A stretch of 50,136 bases of DNA, filler included, from Catajapyx aquilonaris (lineage: Eukaryota): the NCBI GenBank assembly GCA_000934665.2. It is 2 parts of 2 records of this genome, joined end to end, with 100 filler letters (N's around TTAATTAATTAA, not from the genome) between each part and the next. Parts side by side here need not be neighbours in the genome. Positions count along the whole stretch, not along the records: positions 25,194 to 50,136 come from KZ539352.1; 1 more part is not named here. The stretch is one strand, 5' to 3'. The notes beneath the pieces are model-generated. The model made no database searches. It was not told the origin of the DNA and saw nothing but the letters and a program-made list of their open reading frames with translations. The position numbers and the translations under genes were made by a program. The stretch's first letter is position 1. Each line of letters opens with the position of its first letter. Positions 38,201 through 50,111 of the stretch are shown one piece after another.

Positions 38201-40738
38201 TAGTGGATTGTCCAGAGAGAATAGCACTCAACTAAAGTGTTAGGTGGGATCTACCTCTTAACAAAAGATGATGAATATCCAGTGCTGGATTTACCCCCTC
38301 CTACGCCCTCCCCGCCCTACGCAGTTGAGAACACACACACCCCCAAGTGCTGCTCCCAGTCGCGTAATTATTTATTATTAATTCTTCGTTAACTTTTTTT
38401 TGCATGCCTAAATTTGCCATCCCTAGAAATATGCCGCCCTAGGCAACTGCTTAGGTTGCCTTGCCGTAAATCCGGCGCTGTGTATATCATCCAATCTTTT
38501 CCCTTCCCCACAGATACTCATGTGCAACCTTTGATTCTCCTATTCACTTTAGAAGCAGCACAGAGATGAAGGGTGCCTGTTCAAAATATTGTCCACGAAA
38601 TTCGCAAATGAAATTAAAGATGCCAACGTTTTTGGGAGCCATATTTACAAATGTATGGAGCAGCCCCCCGCAACTTCCTATCTAGCCCTATGATTACAGT
38701 TGTTTAATATAAAAGTCTCCCCCCAACCTGGAATTTGGCACTGGCGCATCCCCACAGGGATCTTGTGGTTTGGGTGGATGACCGGCGATCTGTGAATTCC
38801 TTCCGGATGCAGCTGCAGTGGAAAGAATGGTTCGTATTGGTTCAGGCGTCCGCCTGAATTACAAGATCCCTGTGAGGATGCGCCAGCGGCACGGACGGAG
38901 ACTTTTATATTAACCTACCGTATCGTATGAGTTGCAGGGGGCTGGTATGGAGTGAGGTTGCATAAAAATGCAATTTTTGATGATTTTGGGATACTGGAAG
39001 TGACACAGAGAGTTAAATTGCAACCTATCTGATCCACTTCATGCGACATTTGTTGATGACCCATTTGATGACCCAATCCAGCTTGCGATGAAAACAGTGC
39101 CTGCATGACTTGTGTAAAAACCATGACTGTGCCTTGAAAGGAGAGGAATAGGTAGGCCCTACCTGGCTCAGATGAAAGTAATAATTTACATGGTCAGTGC
39201 AGAACATAATTTGTCCTAAACTGCTTCTTAAATTGCAGCAGGCTATTATGAAATTTATAGTTTTGATCTATGTTTCCATATGCCAAGTAATTTCATTAAT
39301 TGCACTTGGAACACTCGAAAGTCTGAAGCAATATCATACTGGAGGTGTAGGCAGTATTTTAGCTCACCTGAAAAGTAAAACATGGACAGACTCCATTTTG
39401 AATAGGTGCCCTTCAGATGGTTTTGCATGCTACATGTTGCTCTCTCAGTTTAAGTGAAATGTGTTATATTTTGTTACATAAATTTTTACCATGCTTTTGC
39501 ACTTGAATGCCTAATCACTTGCAGTTTCCACTGACTACACCTGCGTTGATTAGAGTCACTCCTTCCTTCCCTGTGAATTGTCTGCCCCCTATGGGAGGCT
39601 TAAGCAATTTCTTCTGGTTGTTTTTCCCATTCCCAAAAGCGGCACGCTTCTCGGCGTCTGGTCGTGAAGATGTGGATGTACGGACCCTGGGCAAAGGGAG
39701 GCCATTTGTGGTGGAATTTGTCAACCCTCACAGGATCAAGTTCAGTGTGGAGGACATTGCCAAACTGCAACAGGAAATCAATGCCAGTACACAGGATATT
39801 GCCATCAGAGACCTGCAGATTGTGGCCAGGTTTGTATCTCTTTCTCTCTTGATTCCTATTATGTCGAGTCATCTCATTTATTATTCTCAATAATATTTCA
39901 CATAATTAATAACATCCTTTTGGGCAAAAATGTATACATTCATTTTCTGGACTGACTTTTCAGGGAAGAACTGGTGAACTTGAAGGAAGGTGAAGAGGAG
40001 AAGACAAAGCGCTACACTGCCCTATGTGTATCCTTGGATCCATCCAGGAAGGTATCCTCTCTAGACCTAGAAAAGCTGGGACAGACTCGAGACCTTGTCC
40101 TACAGCAGAAGACTCCAATTCGGGTTCTCCATCGCCGCCCCTTAGCAGTCAGGGAGAGGAGCATACTTGAGATGCGTGCTGAACCAGTGAATGACCACCA
40201 CTTTAAGCTCTTCCTCAAGACTCAGGCAGGAACTTATATCAAGGAGTTTGTGCATGGTGACTTTGGACGTACCAAGCCAAATCTCTGCCTCATGCTTGGG
40301 ACTGAAGTTGACATTCTTGCACTGGATGTTGAGGTTAGTCCCTCCCTTGATAAGGAAAGTAATTATATGATCCTACCTATGAGCCTGGTCGAATCAGATG
40401 AATGTGCTATGTTCATAGTTCTGCCTTGTGCGATTTTATTTTTCGACGTGAGAGGCAGGCTTTATAAAATTCTACTGTTGGGGTGGGGGTGGTCAGGGTT
40501 AGGAAGAAAGAGAGGAAACATGGTTCTAGCTTCTCAAGTAAAAACACCTGCAAGTGTCATTAATGGGGCAATGATGTGGGCACGGTGAGTACAATCTCCT
40601 CTCACAAGGATGCCTGACTCACTGGTAGGCCAGTAATCATTTAGTGATATTTAACCCTTAGTTGCAGTAGAACTTAATATGAATTTTTTTCCCCAGGAAG
40701 TAGCGCTGGATTGGCCAAAGCAGCTGACCAACGAGTGA
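29293..40738 (+). CDS. PUS10: tRNA pseudouridine synthase Pus10 (524 aa)
   Basis: Exons 29293-29478, 29977-30120, 33005-33309, 36576-36913, 39640-39829, 39964-40333, 40697-40738 sum to 1575 nt in frame. N-terminal CxRC and CxxC zinc ligands, AGRYRKYSRSLSQTPW, catalytic SGREDVDVR, QKTPIRVLHRR, TQAGTYIKEFVHGDFGRT, LDWP. Confidence 0.96.
30734..31233. mobile_element. Kolobok-type MITE (second family)
   Basis: TTAA TSD both sides; TIR GGTGG(T/C)GCAGTA. Confidence 0.75.
33863..34081. mobile_element. hAT (Charlie-like) MITE
   Basis: TIR CAGTGGTTTCCAAC; perfect 8-bp TSD CCCTACAG. Confidence 0.9.
34105..34318. mobile_element. Tc1/mariner-type MITE
   Basis: TA TSD; TIR CAGGGTGTTTCAAC...; ~45-bp inverted arms. 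Confidence 0.85.
34467..34800 (-). pseudogene. Mariner transposase C-terminal remnant with one terminus
   Basis: LSPDLAPCNFFLFPEMKIKLKGRF...W..HWDQYLCSKGEYFEGD matches the mariner YSPDLAPxD region, with the third catalytic D replaced by N; TA-CGAGG terminus at 34465. Confidence 0.85.
34950..35407. mobile_element. Tc1-like element fragment (one terminus; left boundary uncertain)
   Basis: Ends AAACTTTTGACCGGTAGTG-TA, the reverse complement of a Tc1-type TIR CACTACCGGTCAAAAGTTT. Confidence 0.45.
37518..37998. mobile_element. Kolobok/T2-type MITE, copy 2 (same family as 15625-16121)
   Basis: Same TIR and colinear interior; left TTAA, right TTTA (decayed TSD). Confidence 0.85.
38280..38480. mobile_element. 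hAT-type MITE
   Basis: TIR CAG(T/C)GC(T/C)GGATTTAC; 8-bp TSD TGAATATC/TGTATATC. Confidence 0.8.
38704..38913. mobile_element. Unclassified MITE
   Basis: TIR TTAATATAAAAGTCTCC plus inner inverted repeat GGCGCATCC.CACAGGGATCTTGT. Confidence 0.7.
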
Positions 40739-43066
40739 GGAAGACGCTCCAATGATTTTTTGTAAATGTTTGAGTGTGTATGTGTAGTTTGTTTTTACCT
40801 CTTTAGGGATCATTCTTTTGTGCTGGGGTGAGGGATCTTTTGAAAGTTTATGAGATGAGGCGAAGGAAGTATATGGAATCAATCCAGAGTTTTTTTGTTT
40901 TTTTTAAGTATCATGTACCTACTGTACCTGTATGAATTATTTTGCCTTGCAGCACTTGACTGTTAACTATTCCATACAGATGGCGTTTGATTTGAAAAGT
41001 AATTAATCGATGTCACATTAATTCATTTACTTTTATGTCGAAGTTGTTTAGTGACAGAGTTAAGGGCGACCTTAGTTGTTAGTTCAGGTGCAAAAAAGTG
41101 AAGGTTGAAGTCTTCTTTATATTCTATTTTATTTTATTCCATTAAGACAAGAATGATCACCTAAAACCCAGAAGTTTTGGACTGGAGAGAAATGTAATGC
41201 ATACAACTGAAGTTCCTTTTATCAGGCATTATATTTATTGCTCCCCACCTCCTATCACTTCGTTCAGATGCTTCACAACAAGTGACAACCAAGGACTGGC
41301 TACATTCACTATAGCCATTAAATGCAACAAAAGCTTCTACACTCTTTTATCCCAAGCAGTTCAACCTCATAAGATACCAGACTAGAAGAATATAATGTTT
41401 GTCAAATGTCATGTACATAATGAACACAGTCTCACCTTTCCAAGTTTTCATTAAATGCGGTGGATTTTGGTCAATCCCAAAAATACATGTATATGGTTAA
41501 TTAGGGATTCGGTGGTTAGAAGTGGAAGAAAAAATTCTGATATTATTGCCCTGAACTTAAAACTGGCAGGACGTTCATCACAATATTAATACAGCCCATA
41601 TTCTTCTCACTCTTTCTCTCTCACACACACAAGTTGTCGAGCATTAATTACACTCATTACTAAGAAACTTACGTCATTATATCTGACTCTTCATTAACAT
41701 GAATTTTAAGTCATATTTTAATCACAGTTACAACATGGACACAGAGCAACAACATTAATTTTGCACCCCTTTTTTAAATAAGTATATTCCTATGTGAACA
41801 TTGGCACCACATAAGTTGGCACTTAGATAAATAATAAGATCTAATGACATTGACAGATCACAGAGACCTATTGCATAGGGAAGGTGTGTAGACTAAGAGA
41901 GCGATGACAAAATTGGATCTGACCCTGTTCTCATGAAGAATGCATCTCAGAGTGATTTGACAGCCTTCAGCACATTTTGGAGGAACTTTGTCTTGGCACA
42001 AAACCAAAATTCTACATAGTCACCATATTTTTTAAACTCATGACTAAAGTGAAAGGTACTCTGAAATAGCGCAGGTTCACACCCAACATGGAATCTGTAG
42101 GGGATAGTTAATGATACTGCTATGACTTTTTGCATTAACAAAGGTGTTCTCTGAGAGCTTATTTTACAGTAATTTTGTTAAATTCTTAATTTGATTTGAA
42201 TCTCCAAAGCAGGGTTAAGAAGTTGGCCAATCAGAAAAGCAAGAACTATTTTTTTACAGATGTTACTGAAGAGGCCACATACATGGAGGTTTCCTTCTGA
42301 AATGTTCAGAATGGATTTTTAAAACTTGAAGGACACATTTTTAAACTCAAAAGAAATGGATCAGTACTTGTACAAGAAGTGTTTCATACTTTTGTGTGGA
42401 TTATGTAAACACTATAGAGCAACGTCAGATACACAGCAAAATGGCTATTTAGAGTACAGAATTGTTCCACAGGTCTATATTTTCACATGACAGGTTTCAG
42501 CATGAATTTCTGACATTTTAGTAAAAACAGTTTTAGGAAGATTTTCCAGAGGCAAATGAAGGATATTTCAGAGAATTCCTCCATGCATTCAGATGGGTGT
42601 GGCATAATTTTCAATGCTCTTCCTGTCAAATGCAATTTGCTATCTATTTCTAATGTCACAAATGGCACACATGCTGACCCCAACTGCTTCTTCCATGTTA
42701 CTACCTCACCTATAACCGATGTAAAGTTATAAAAGTTTCTATGCCAAGTGACATGAAGTAATCTATTTAAATGCCATTGAATCAACAAAGGCCATCAGCC
42801 TAATACATGAAATGACCAACAGTGTCATAATAATTGTGTACTGCAATAAGTAATTGCACATACCAGTTTTACTGATTTAGTTTTAAAGCCGCGATGGATT
42901 TATAAATGAATGAAATTCTCCCACAGTCATTTGTAAGTAAAAAACTACAATGACCTCCTCTAAATTTAACAAGTTTTAGTTCGGATCCTTGCACAAGTAT
43001 AATTTCATAATTTACCACCCTCTACTAATGTCCAAAACGAAAAGATTTATAAAATATGATTGTGAA

Positions 43067-45077
43067 TTAAAAACTTGAGTTCCTTTTCCCTCTGCCTCTC
43101 CAGTGCATCCCCATCTCCAAATGTTGTATACCATCTGTGAAATGTGACACAAGCAGAAACAATACTGTTGTGAATGCCACCCACACCTGTACCACAAAAC
43201 AGGCATAAATGGCATAAAGACTAGCCAATGTGAAGATTGTCCACCCAATGGCAGCCAGGTACAGTCCCAACCAGGGGAAGTTGGCTGGGTGGGAGTTTGG
43301 GAAGCGTCTTCTGCCATTGTAGAAGGCCTTAAGCTCTGCCTCCTTTGCCTCCCAGCGGTCTTTGCACCACTGATGGAGCTCCTCCTCTTCCATTGGGATG
43401 TATGACAAGGGGTAGCGCTTGATTGAGAAATGAACCTCCTCGGGGACTTTCCCGCACAGGATGTCAACCTCCTTCTGAGCCAGGTTACGTGGGTATGCAA
43501 CAGTGATGTCATATATGGCATCTAGTTGTTTGCCTGAAAGATGAACAAGATGAAAAGTCACATACCACCAATAGGTAACATACTAGCACACTCTTCTACA
43601 TGTATAAACAAGTTTTAATTTAAAAATTTCATCATGATTGAAAACTAGGAAAGGTTATGACTGGGTATAGAAAACAGAGGCCAAGTTTTGATGGCTACCT
43701 TGCCGCATCTCTTGAGCCAGGTATGCAAATCCTGTTGTCCTGGGATGCAGCACATACTCGTACTTGCGGAGTTTGTTCTTCTGTGCAAATTCATCACTAC
43801 GTATCTTGTTGGTTGGGGATAGGTCTGTACCTTCTGGGAATATGAGAATCTACCCCCACCCTGTATTATTACCGTAACCTTCATTCTGGATGTACGTAAC
43901 TCACCTTGCATCGGTGCTTGATATCCCGGAAGTACTCCAGCACTTTCCCAAGGAGCATCTTATCTGCCTCCCACCTCCTGCGTATGTACAGGAAGCACCC
44001 CATCTGCATGATCCACCCAATGGCTGGTATCTTACGGATGGCTTCCTTGAGCACGAATTTGCACCTATGCCCCGCCCATGGCCTGGGGTAATTATCCAGT
44101 CCATGAAGTAGGGCCACCCATAGAAAAAACCAGTCAAGTCGAGTGCGGTGATTCATCATTATCAGGGCACTCTCCCAGGGATACAGTGGGACTCCAGACA
44201 CGTACACACGAGAGCCACATATCACACACAGCAGTGCCTAATAGAGAGAAAGTGACTTCGTTAGAAGCACGAATGTCAGCAGAATCAACACCTCCCGCCC
44301 TTTTTTAAAAACCCCACAACTCCCTCTGTCATTCCGCGCCAAAATTTTCAAACTATTTAATAGGGTGCGTTATTACATTTTTCCGACATGTATGGTACTC
44401 AGAAAGTAGAATGGGCGCGAATGTATGTGAGGAATATGTATCTTCTAATTACTAAACTATAGTTACCGTATGTACGGGTCACCTGATGCGTCGAGCGGGA
44501 ATTGGTATTGGCTGGCAATCTTTGAACCACGGTCATATAAGTAAGGTCTGGTCACTCCCACCCACCCCCTGCCAGGGCGTTTTGCAGCGGGCGCTCACCT
44601 GAGAGCGCCAGGAGTCATTTCGGGGGCCACGACATAGTGGCGACCCTACCGGACTAAGGCTGAACATTATAGGTACGAAAGGGGAGGGGCTACATTGGGG
44701 GGCCCAACATGGCCGCCGGCGGCCATGTTGGGCCCCCTTCGTACCTATAAAGTTCAGCCTTAGTCCGGTAGGGTCGCCACTATGTCGTGGCCCCCGAAAT
44801 GACTCCTGGCGCTCTCAGGTGAGCGCCCGGTGCAAAATGCCTCGGCAGCTGATAACGCCAGAACGTAGTATAAGTGTCCGTGGGCTGCTTTGAACATACT
44901 TACCCCAGGGTAGTACTCCCATATTCCCTGGATTACGTCAGTGGCATTTCGGTACCACCGCCTGTTGACAAACATCAGTAGAAGTGTGGGGCAGTATAGG
45001 AAGTAGAAGCCCATCAGGACGCTCAGGTACCAGAGAACACCAAAGGTGATCCCCTTCAAAACACTCCTCAGCGACAT
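43067..45077 (-). CDS. LCLAT1: Lysocardiolipin acyltransferase 1 (374 aa)
   Basis: Exons 45077-44904, 44237-43905, 43849-43699, 43533-43067 sum to 1125 nt in frame. PlsC motifs NHRTRLDW (HxxxxD), ILIFPEGTDL, YVLHPRTTGF, LDAIYDITVAYP; hydrophobic termini. Confidence 0.94.
44569..44848. repeat. Near-perfect loopless palindrome, probably MITE-derived
   Basis: ~130-bp arms symmetric about 44717/44718 (...aacatggccgcc|ggcggccatgtt...); ~18-nt extra segment in the left arm. Confidence 0.9.
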
Positions 45078-45700
45078 ATTTGCAGCAATGTAACACAGGA
45101 TGACACTTCAGGCTGAATTTTGACCTCACCCCTTCTGGAAATAAAGAGAACATATTTTCCAACAAGCCATGGCTAATAACACCTCTATACATAATTTGAT
45201 CCTATGCTCCATCACCCCTCTCCCTATCCACCCATGACCCACCCACTGCCCACTCCACCCTTCCAACAGGGGTAATTGCCCGTGTTGGAGGGTGCCTCTC
45301 CAAGTCGATACCGTAAACTGTTCACGAAAGTGGTAGCCTGTACTTTAAGGATTGAAACTAATGGAATATTGACTCTCCCTTGAGTATAGGTGGGTATATA
45401 TCCAGGGCACTGTGGTTATCTGATTAGCTAATCTGGTTAACTGCTAATTGGCATGAAGAAATTGGTTCTCCAGGCAGTGATTGAATGCCAGTGTGCTTCT
45501 TGTATCAACGAAGAATAGGGTTTAAGGAGATGGGACAAGTAAAGCTGCATGGGAAAGAGTGACGTATGTTGCACTCTGCTCTTGAATATCGATTCTGGTG
45601 GTTAGGGAACTCAAGGAGAGCTTTTAGCCTATTAGTCTCACGTTGTGGGAAGCATAGGGCCTACCAAAAAGCCTTTCTTAGGGGGGTAGGGGGGGGGGGG

Positions 45701-45716
45701 NNNNNNNNNNNNNNNN
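45701..45716. other. Small assembly gap after a poly-G tract
   Basis: 16 N following a G run. Confidence 0.95.
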
Positions 45717-46261
45717 ATATTCTCGATAAAAAGTGCAGGCCGCTGACAATTCCCCACTGACCAGCTGAATTAGCGTTGTATGGAAAAGAATCTTAATTAT
45801 GAGGAGTGCGGGCGGTACCTGTACAGTGCGGAGGACATTCCAGGAAAGGCAATTATTAACATACCGTACGCATAAAAGGTGTGATCTACTGGCTATGATG
45901 GATGCGGGTAATGAAAATTGTAGGGGACCTTGAAAATTCTACGTATTTTGTGAACTAGGGCGTTTTTTTGCATCGTCTTTTGAAATCCGAAGAGGTTCAG
46001 ATTCAGTCGTATTTAAAGTTACGTTATTATTACAACATTGCAATATAAAATTTAAGGCCAGGGTGGTGCTTGTTGTATGGTTCGCGTACATCTGGAATGA
46101 AATCTTTTCTGACACCATGTGACACTGCCTAATACTGTAAGTAGGATGCGCACGACCAAATTATGGAAATTATGGCAAAAAACCAATAACATAGGTTATT
46201 AATTTTTGGTGGATCTGGCTTCCATGGAATTAAATCATAAATCGCACTTTCTTGCATTATA

Positions 46262-46850
46262 CAGTAAAACTTCTATAAGTCGAACTTCCCTAAGTCGAAG
46301 AAAATTATGAGCTTGGTTGGTCACAATGTAAATAAATTCATAGGAAATAAACTTCCCTAACTCGAATTTCTATAACTCGAAGTTCTCCATAACTCGAAGT
46401 GCAGGCAGGGCCTTACGATGGGCTATCAATGCATTATCAGTCTCCCTAAGTCGAAGTTCATGTTGGCGAGTACGGAAAATTTTCTCATTTCCCACCCGAA
46501 GGGTCGAGAGTAGGCGACATGAACATCAGAAAGGCTCAATTTCCTGATCTCCGTCTACCAGACGTACCGAAAGAAGTGTTTGACTCTATTGTGACAATTG
46601 AATCTTTGAATATAAGAGTAGGCAAATGTGAGTTTTTTTTACACCAAAACAACGAGGAACATTGTTCATGTGATAGTGAGTTATTTTTAAGTTTTGAACA
46701 CCTTTCGTCGCTGGATATAAAGGTAGGCTTCCTTATACAGTCATGTGCTTTAAAAAAGCCAAACTTCTCTAACTCGAATCTTCTACAGTATAACTCGAAA
46801 ATAAATTATTTCTGCGATAAAGATTTAGTTCGAAGGTTACATTTCAAATC
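46262..46850. mobile_element. pogo/Tigger-like MITE fragment
   Basis: TA-CAGTAAAACTTCTATAAGTCGAA terminus and many subterminal TAA(G/C)TCGAA motifs; right end not found. Confidence 0.6.
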
Positions 46851-46858
46851 GTCTGCCT

Positions 46859-46968
46859 CCCAGGTAGCACAAAAAGTTGGGCCAATATTGGACGAATGTT
46901 GGCCCAATATCTAAGATATTGGGCCAATATTGGCTCCAATATTGGCCCAACTTTTTGTGCTCCCTGGG
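46859..46968. mobile_element. 110-bp CACTA/EnSpm-type (CCCAG-ended) mini-element
   Basis: TIR CCCAGG(T/G)AGCACAAAAAGTTGGGCCAATATTGG; 3-bp TSD CCT; built from CCAATATTGG units. Confidence 0.8.
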
Positions 46969-47460
46969 CCTGTTATGAGGCTGTTTGTTGCGGACGATTT
47001 GTATGGAATGTTATAAACCAACAAATTATATACTTGAAATGAATAATCCCATTCATCCGTAAGCCATCGATTATGTTCGACCCAACCTGCCCACAGTAAA
47101 TTAAATTATGGTGTAAGACCATTCCACATAGACTACTGCATATTCGAAATGTTATTCCTGTAAGCCAGATAATCACCCATCTTTGCCATAGTTCATGCTG
47201 GTTCAGATCGTGTTTCATCCGCAGAAGCTACTGTTCCTTCGACAGCTGATAACCAGAGAGCCCTATTACTGAACTTTGTTCCGTCTTGGTATGCTCTTTG
47301 TCATGCGAAATGACAAGGTCTGGTGCAAGTCATAAACTTGCATGTTCGTTTCCATCGTTAACTACCCCGTCAAGGGAATGGTCGTGATGTAATGTATAAT
47401 GTGCGACATTTCATCCAGTTTTGGCAATATTTGAATCGACCTACATGTAGCTCGCAAAAA

Positions 47461-47705
47461 AAGAGCACAGGGGAAAAACGGGTAATGTCACATTCCGTTG
47501 GGGGTTCCTGCCAAGTGCACAGTACAATAGTAGCATAGGTGACACTTATACCTGGAGGCTTTCCATGGGTACAAGGGTGACAGTTGCATATAATGACGTG
47601 AAGATATCCCTATTATTCTTTAGACACGTGAAGAAATAAAGCTATTTCTTCGATTTTTCATTGACATTTTTTCTGTGACATTCCCCGTTTTTCCCCTGTG
47701 CTCTT
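47461..47705. mobile_element. Unclassified MITE
   Basis: ~32-bp TIR AAGAGCACAGGGGAAAAACGGG.AATGTCACA. Confidence 0.75.
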
Positions 47706-48328
47706 CAAATAAATTGTTTCCTTACCTACGCATCTGGATGACTGTGATGTTATTGGCATTAGTGATTACAAGAAGCCTACAATAATATTTCCTAAGACAA
47801 TCACAACATGTTACATTGTCTTCGGAAATATGACATTCCCAGAAATTCACTACATGTTACACGTAGCTTACTCTCCACTCTATATGAAAAAATGTGAAGC
47901 ATGCACGCTTTTTCTCTGAATAATACATTCCGCACACTCCCAGCCGTATCAAAATATGAACATTAACTCGTACACACACATCAAGCCTTATCTTACCCAT
48001 GTAAAATATGCAGAGTGTCCAGCACTCCGCAAATCTTTATAAACCAGACGACGTTCCTACACGCCCTGCCAAAATCCGCCTATACTTCATTACCACGGTT
48101 CAATATGAACACGTCATCATTGCAACCCCGGTTTGACACAACTAGCCAGCCCCCCCCCCCCTCCACCGGTAGTAATAACGCGTTGCAAATTGGTGGTGTG
48201 CTCGAACTAATGGCAGTCCAGAAAAGAAGCCTTGGAGAGCAAACCAAGCTGAAATCTGCGCGAAATTATCGATCAGAACAAACAAGCCCCATTACCCACC
48301 CTTAGCTTTGGTCCTATATGTAACTCAC

Positions 48329-48850
48329 CCAAGTCCTCTTCCTCTCCATCCTCCTCCTTCTGCTGTTGCTGATGGCCACTATTAAAGGACCAATGTCCAT
48401 GGTCTTATCCCTAGCGACGACTACAGAGCTCCTCCTTAGGGAAGCAGCCTTTGAGGTGAAGTTGTGGCGCAGATGCAGCAGACACCTCTGTATTTTGCTC
48501 TGGATGCTGGAAGTGTTCCTCATTGCTCTTGCGCGTTGCTCAGCTGGGAAATTACAATGTTGTATTGGAAGGACGCTGGTTGGTCGACAGGTGGAACCGG
48601 CCCCTGTATTATCGAGATACGAAGGAGTATCAACAGGAGGAGATGAGTGGTGTTTATGAGGAAAGTCACAACGTTGCCATTGTGCTGGGGGAAAATCGAT
48701 GGGGTGTTTGAGGGTGAAATGGGCATGTGTAGTTGGCTAAGTTTCGACCTTGTTGGTGGCACGTGGTTATGCACAGACAGTGAGTCATCAGCAGGTGAAT
48801 CAGCAATTGGCAACTGGGTGGATCCACGCATGGTTTAAGCTCGACACAAA
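48329..48850 (-). other. Possible upstream (5' UTR) exon of LCLAT1; left boundary is a donor, right boundary uncertain
   Basis: Donor TGG|GTGAGT at 48328; acceptor ttctctttatttccAG at 45135 precedes the LCLAT1 ATG, so an upstream exon is expected. Confidence 0.4.
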
Positions 48851-49328
48851 TTAATGTACATGTATTTCAGAATGAAACATTGAGGTTCTGAAATATTTTG
48901 GGGAAAAACAATAATATTTTGAAATATTGCAGTCGCGATTTCGGTAAGAGAAGACCAAGATCGCATAAAAAGGTTTGTGTATAATAAGCCCGAAAAAGGT
49001 CAGGATTCAGTATTGACAATCGACAGAATGTATACCGGGTGGCGGCTGGTACCGTGTTGTGAACGAAGTCTTCCGCTTGGTGATGTTGTCATGATTCGGA
49101 ACTTCAGTGGAAAACTTATTTTCAATATTTGGGATACACGTAGGCTATACTGTATACTGTAGCTGCATCGATTTTCCTGCAGCGAAAGTAAACATGGCCT
49201 GAGAAACCCATTATGGATCAACGGTGATTACCTTGATATATTGCCTCTGTCACCGGATTCATGTAAGTAGTGTGCAGTGAATAGACCATTACAGGTTAAG
49301 GAACGAATGCAAATACTGGAGAGGACAT

Positions 49329-49567
49329 GTTTTGTTTGTTTGTTAATTGGTTGGTTATGCCAATAAAGCAACCAGTGGGTTTTTGGTAGTGGGAGGAAAC
49401 GGGAGAATCCCGAGAAACCCCACGCAAACACGGCGAGAACCCATCGAAACTCTTTCCACATAATAAGAGTGTCCTCCGCCCGACCCGGGGATCGAACTCG
49501 GGACCTTAGAGGTGGAAGGCTGCGGCGTTAACCCTATGCGTTAACCACTACACCACCGTGTCGCCCC
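49329..49567 (-). mobile_element. tRNA-derived SINE with V-domain-like core
   Basis: Head GGGGCGACACGGTGGTGTAGTGGTTAA (A box), GAGTTCGATCCC (B box), core gttctcgccgtgtttgcgtggggtttctcgggattctcccgtttcctcccac, (CAAA)n tail. Confidence 0.8.
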
Positions 49568-50083
49568 ACGGACAAGTTATGAAACTTACCTATAGACTAT
49601 ATATTATACCTAGCGGCTAGACTTCTGTACACATTTTGACGATATAATATTAGCCACAATTAAATAGTGCCTACTTGCACCATTTACGTTGGAACATGGA
49701 AGTTCGAGATCTTCGTTCTTCCACTTCGCTTACTTCTAATTTGTTGGAAACTGAAGTCGAAAAGCCGATCGGTCCAATAAGGGACCATTTCAAACGGCCA
49801 CGTTGGGGTAATAAAATGACAAAGGGGCCAAGGCGGGAAAGTTTCATGTCGCCAAGAATATCGATCTGGATTATACTGTATACCGTATATAAAAAGGCCA
49901 CTCCTACCCTCGACTATAACTTCTGGACTTGAAATTTACATATGAAGGCCTGAAATGCAGAACAGTGTCACATTTGGGTGATTTCGAGAAGGTCAGGGTT
50001 TTTAACTCGAATGTTGTCGTACGGTCCCTCCCTTATGGCCTTAGGCCGGAATCGCGGTGTCTCCCACATGTATGCTCCTGCAA

Positions 50084-50111
50084 GTCACGTGACGCCTGTA
50101 AACATGGCGGC
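50084..50111. promoter_or_regulatory. E-box palindrome GTCACGTGAC plus YY1-like AACATGGCGGC
   Basis: Motifs seen directly; could be promoter sequence or part of a MITE terminus. Confidence 0.3.

Noticed and set aside
43012..43521. 169-aa alternative-frame ORF over the last LCLAT1 exon
   Set aside because: An in-frame TAG lies just upstream, so splicing cannot enter it; no recognisable protein
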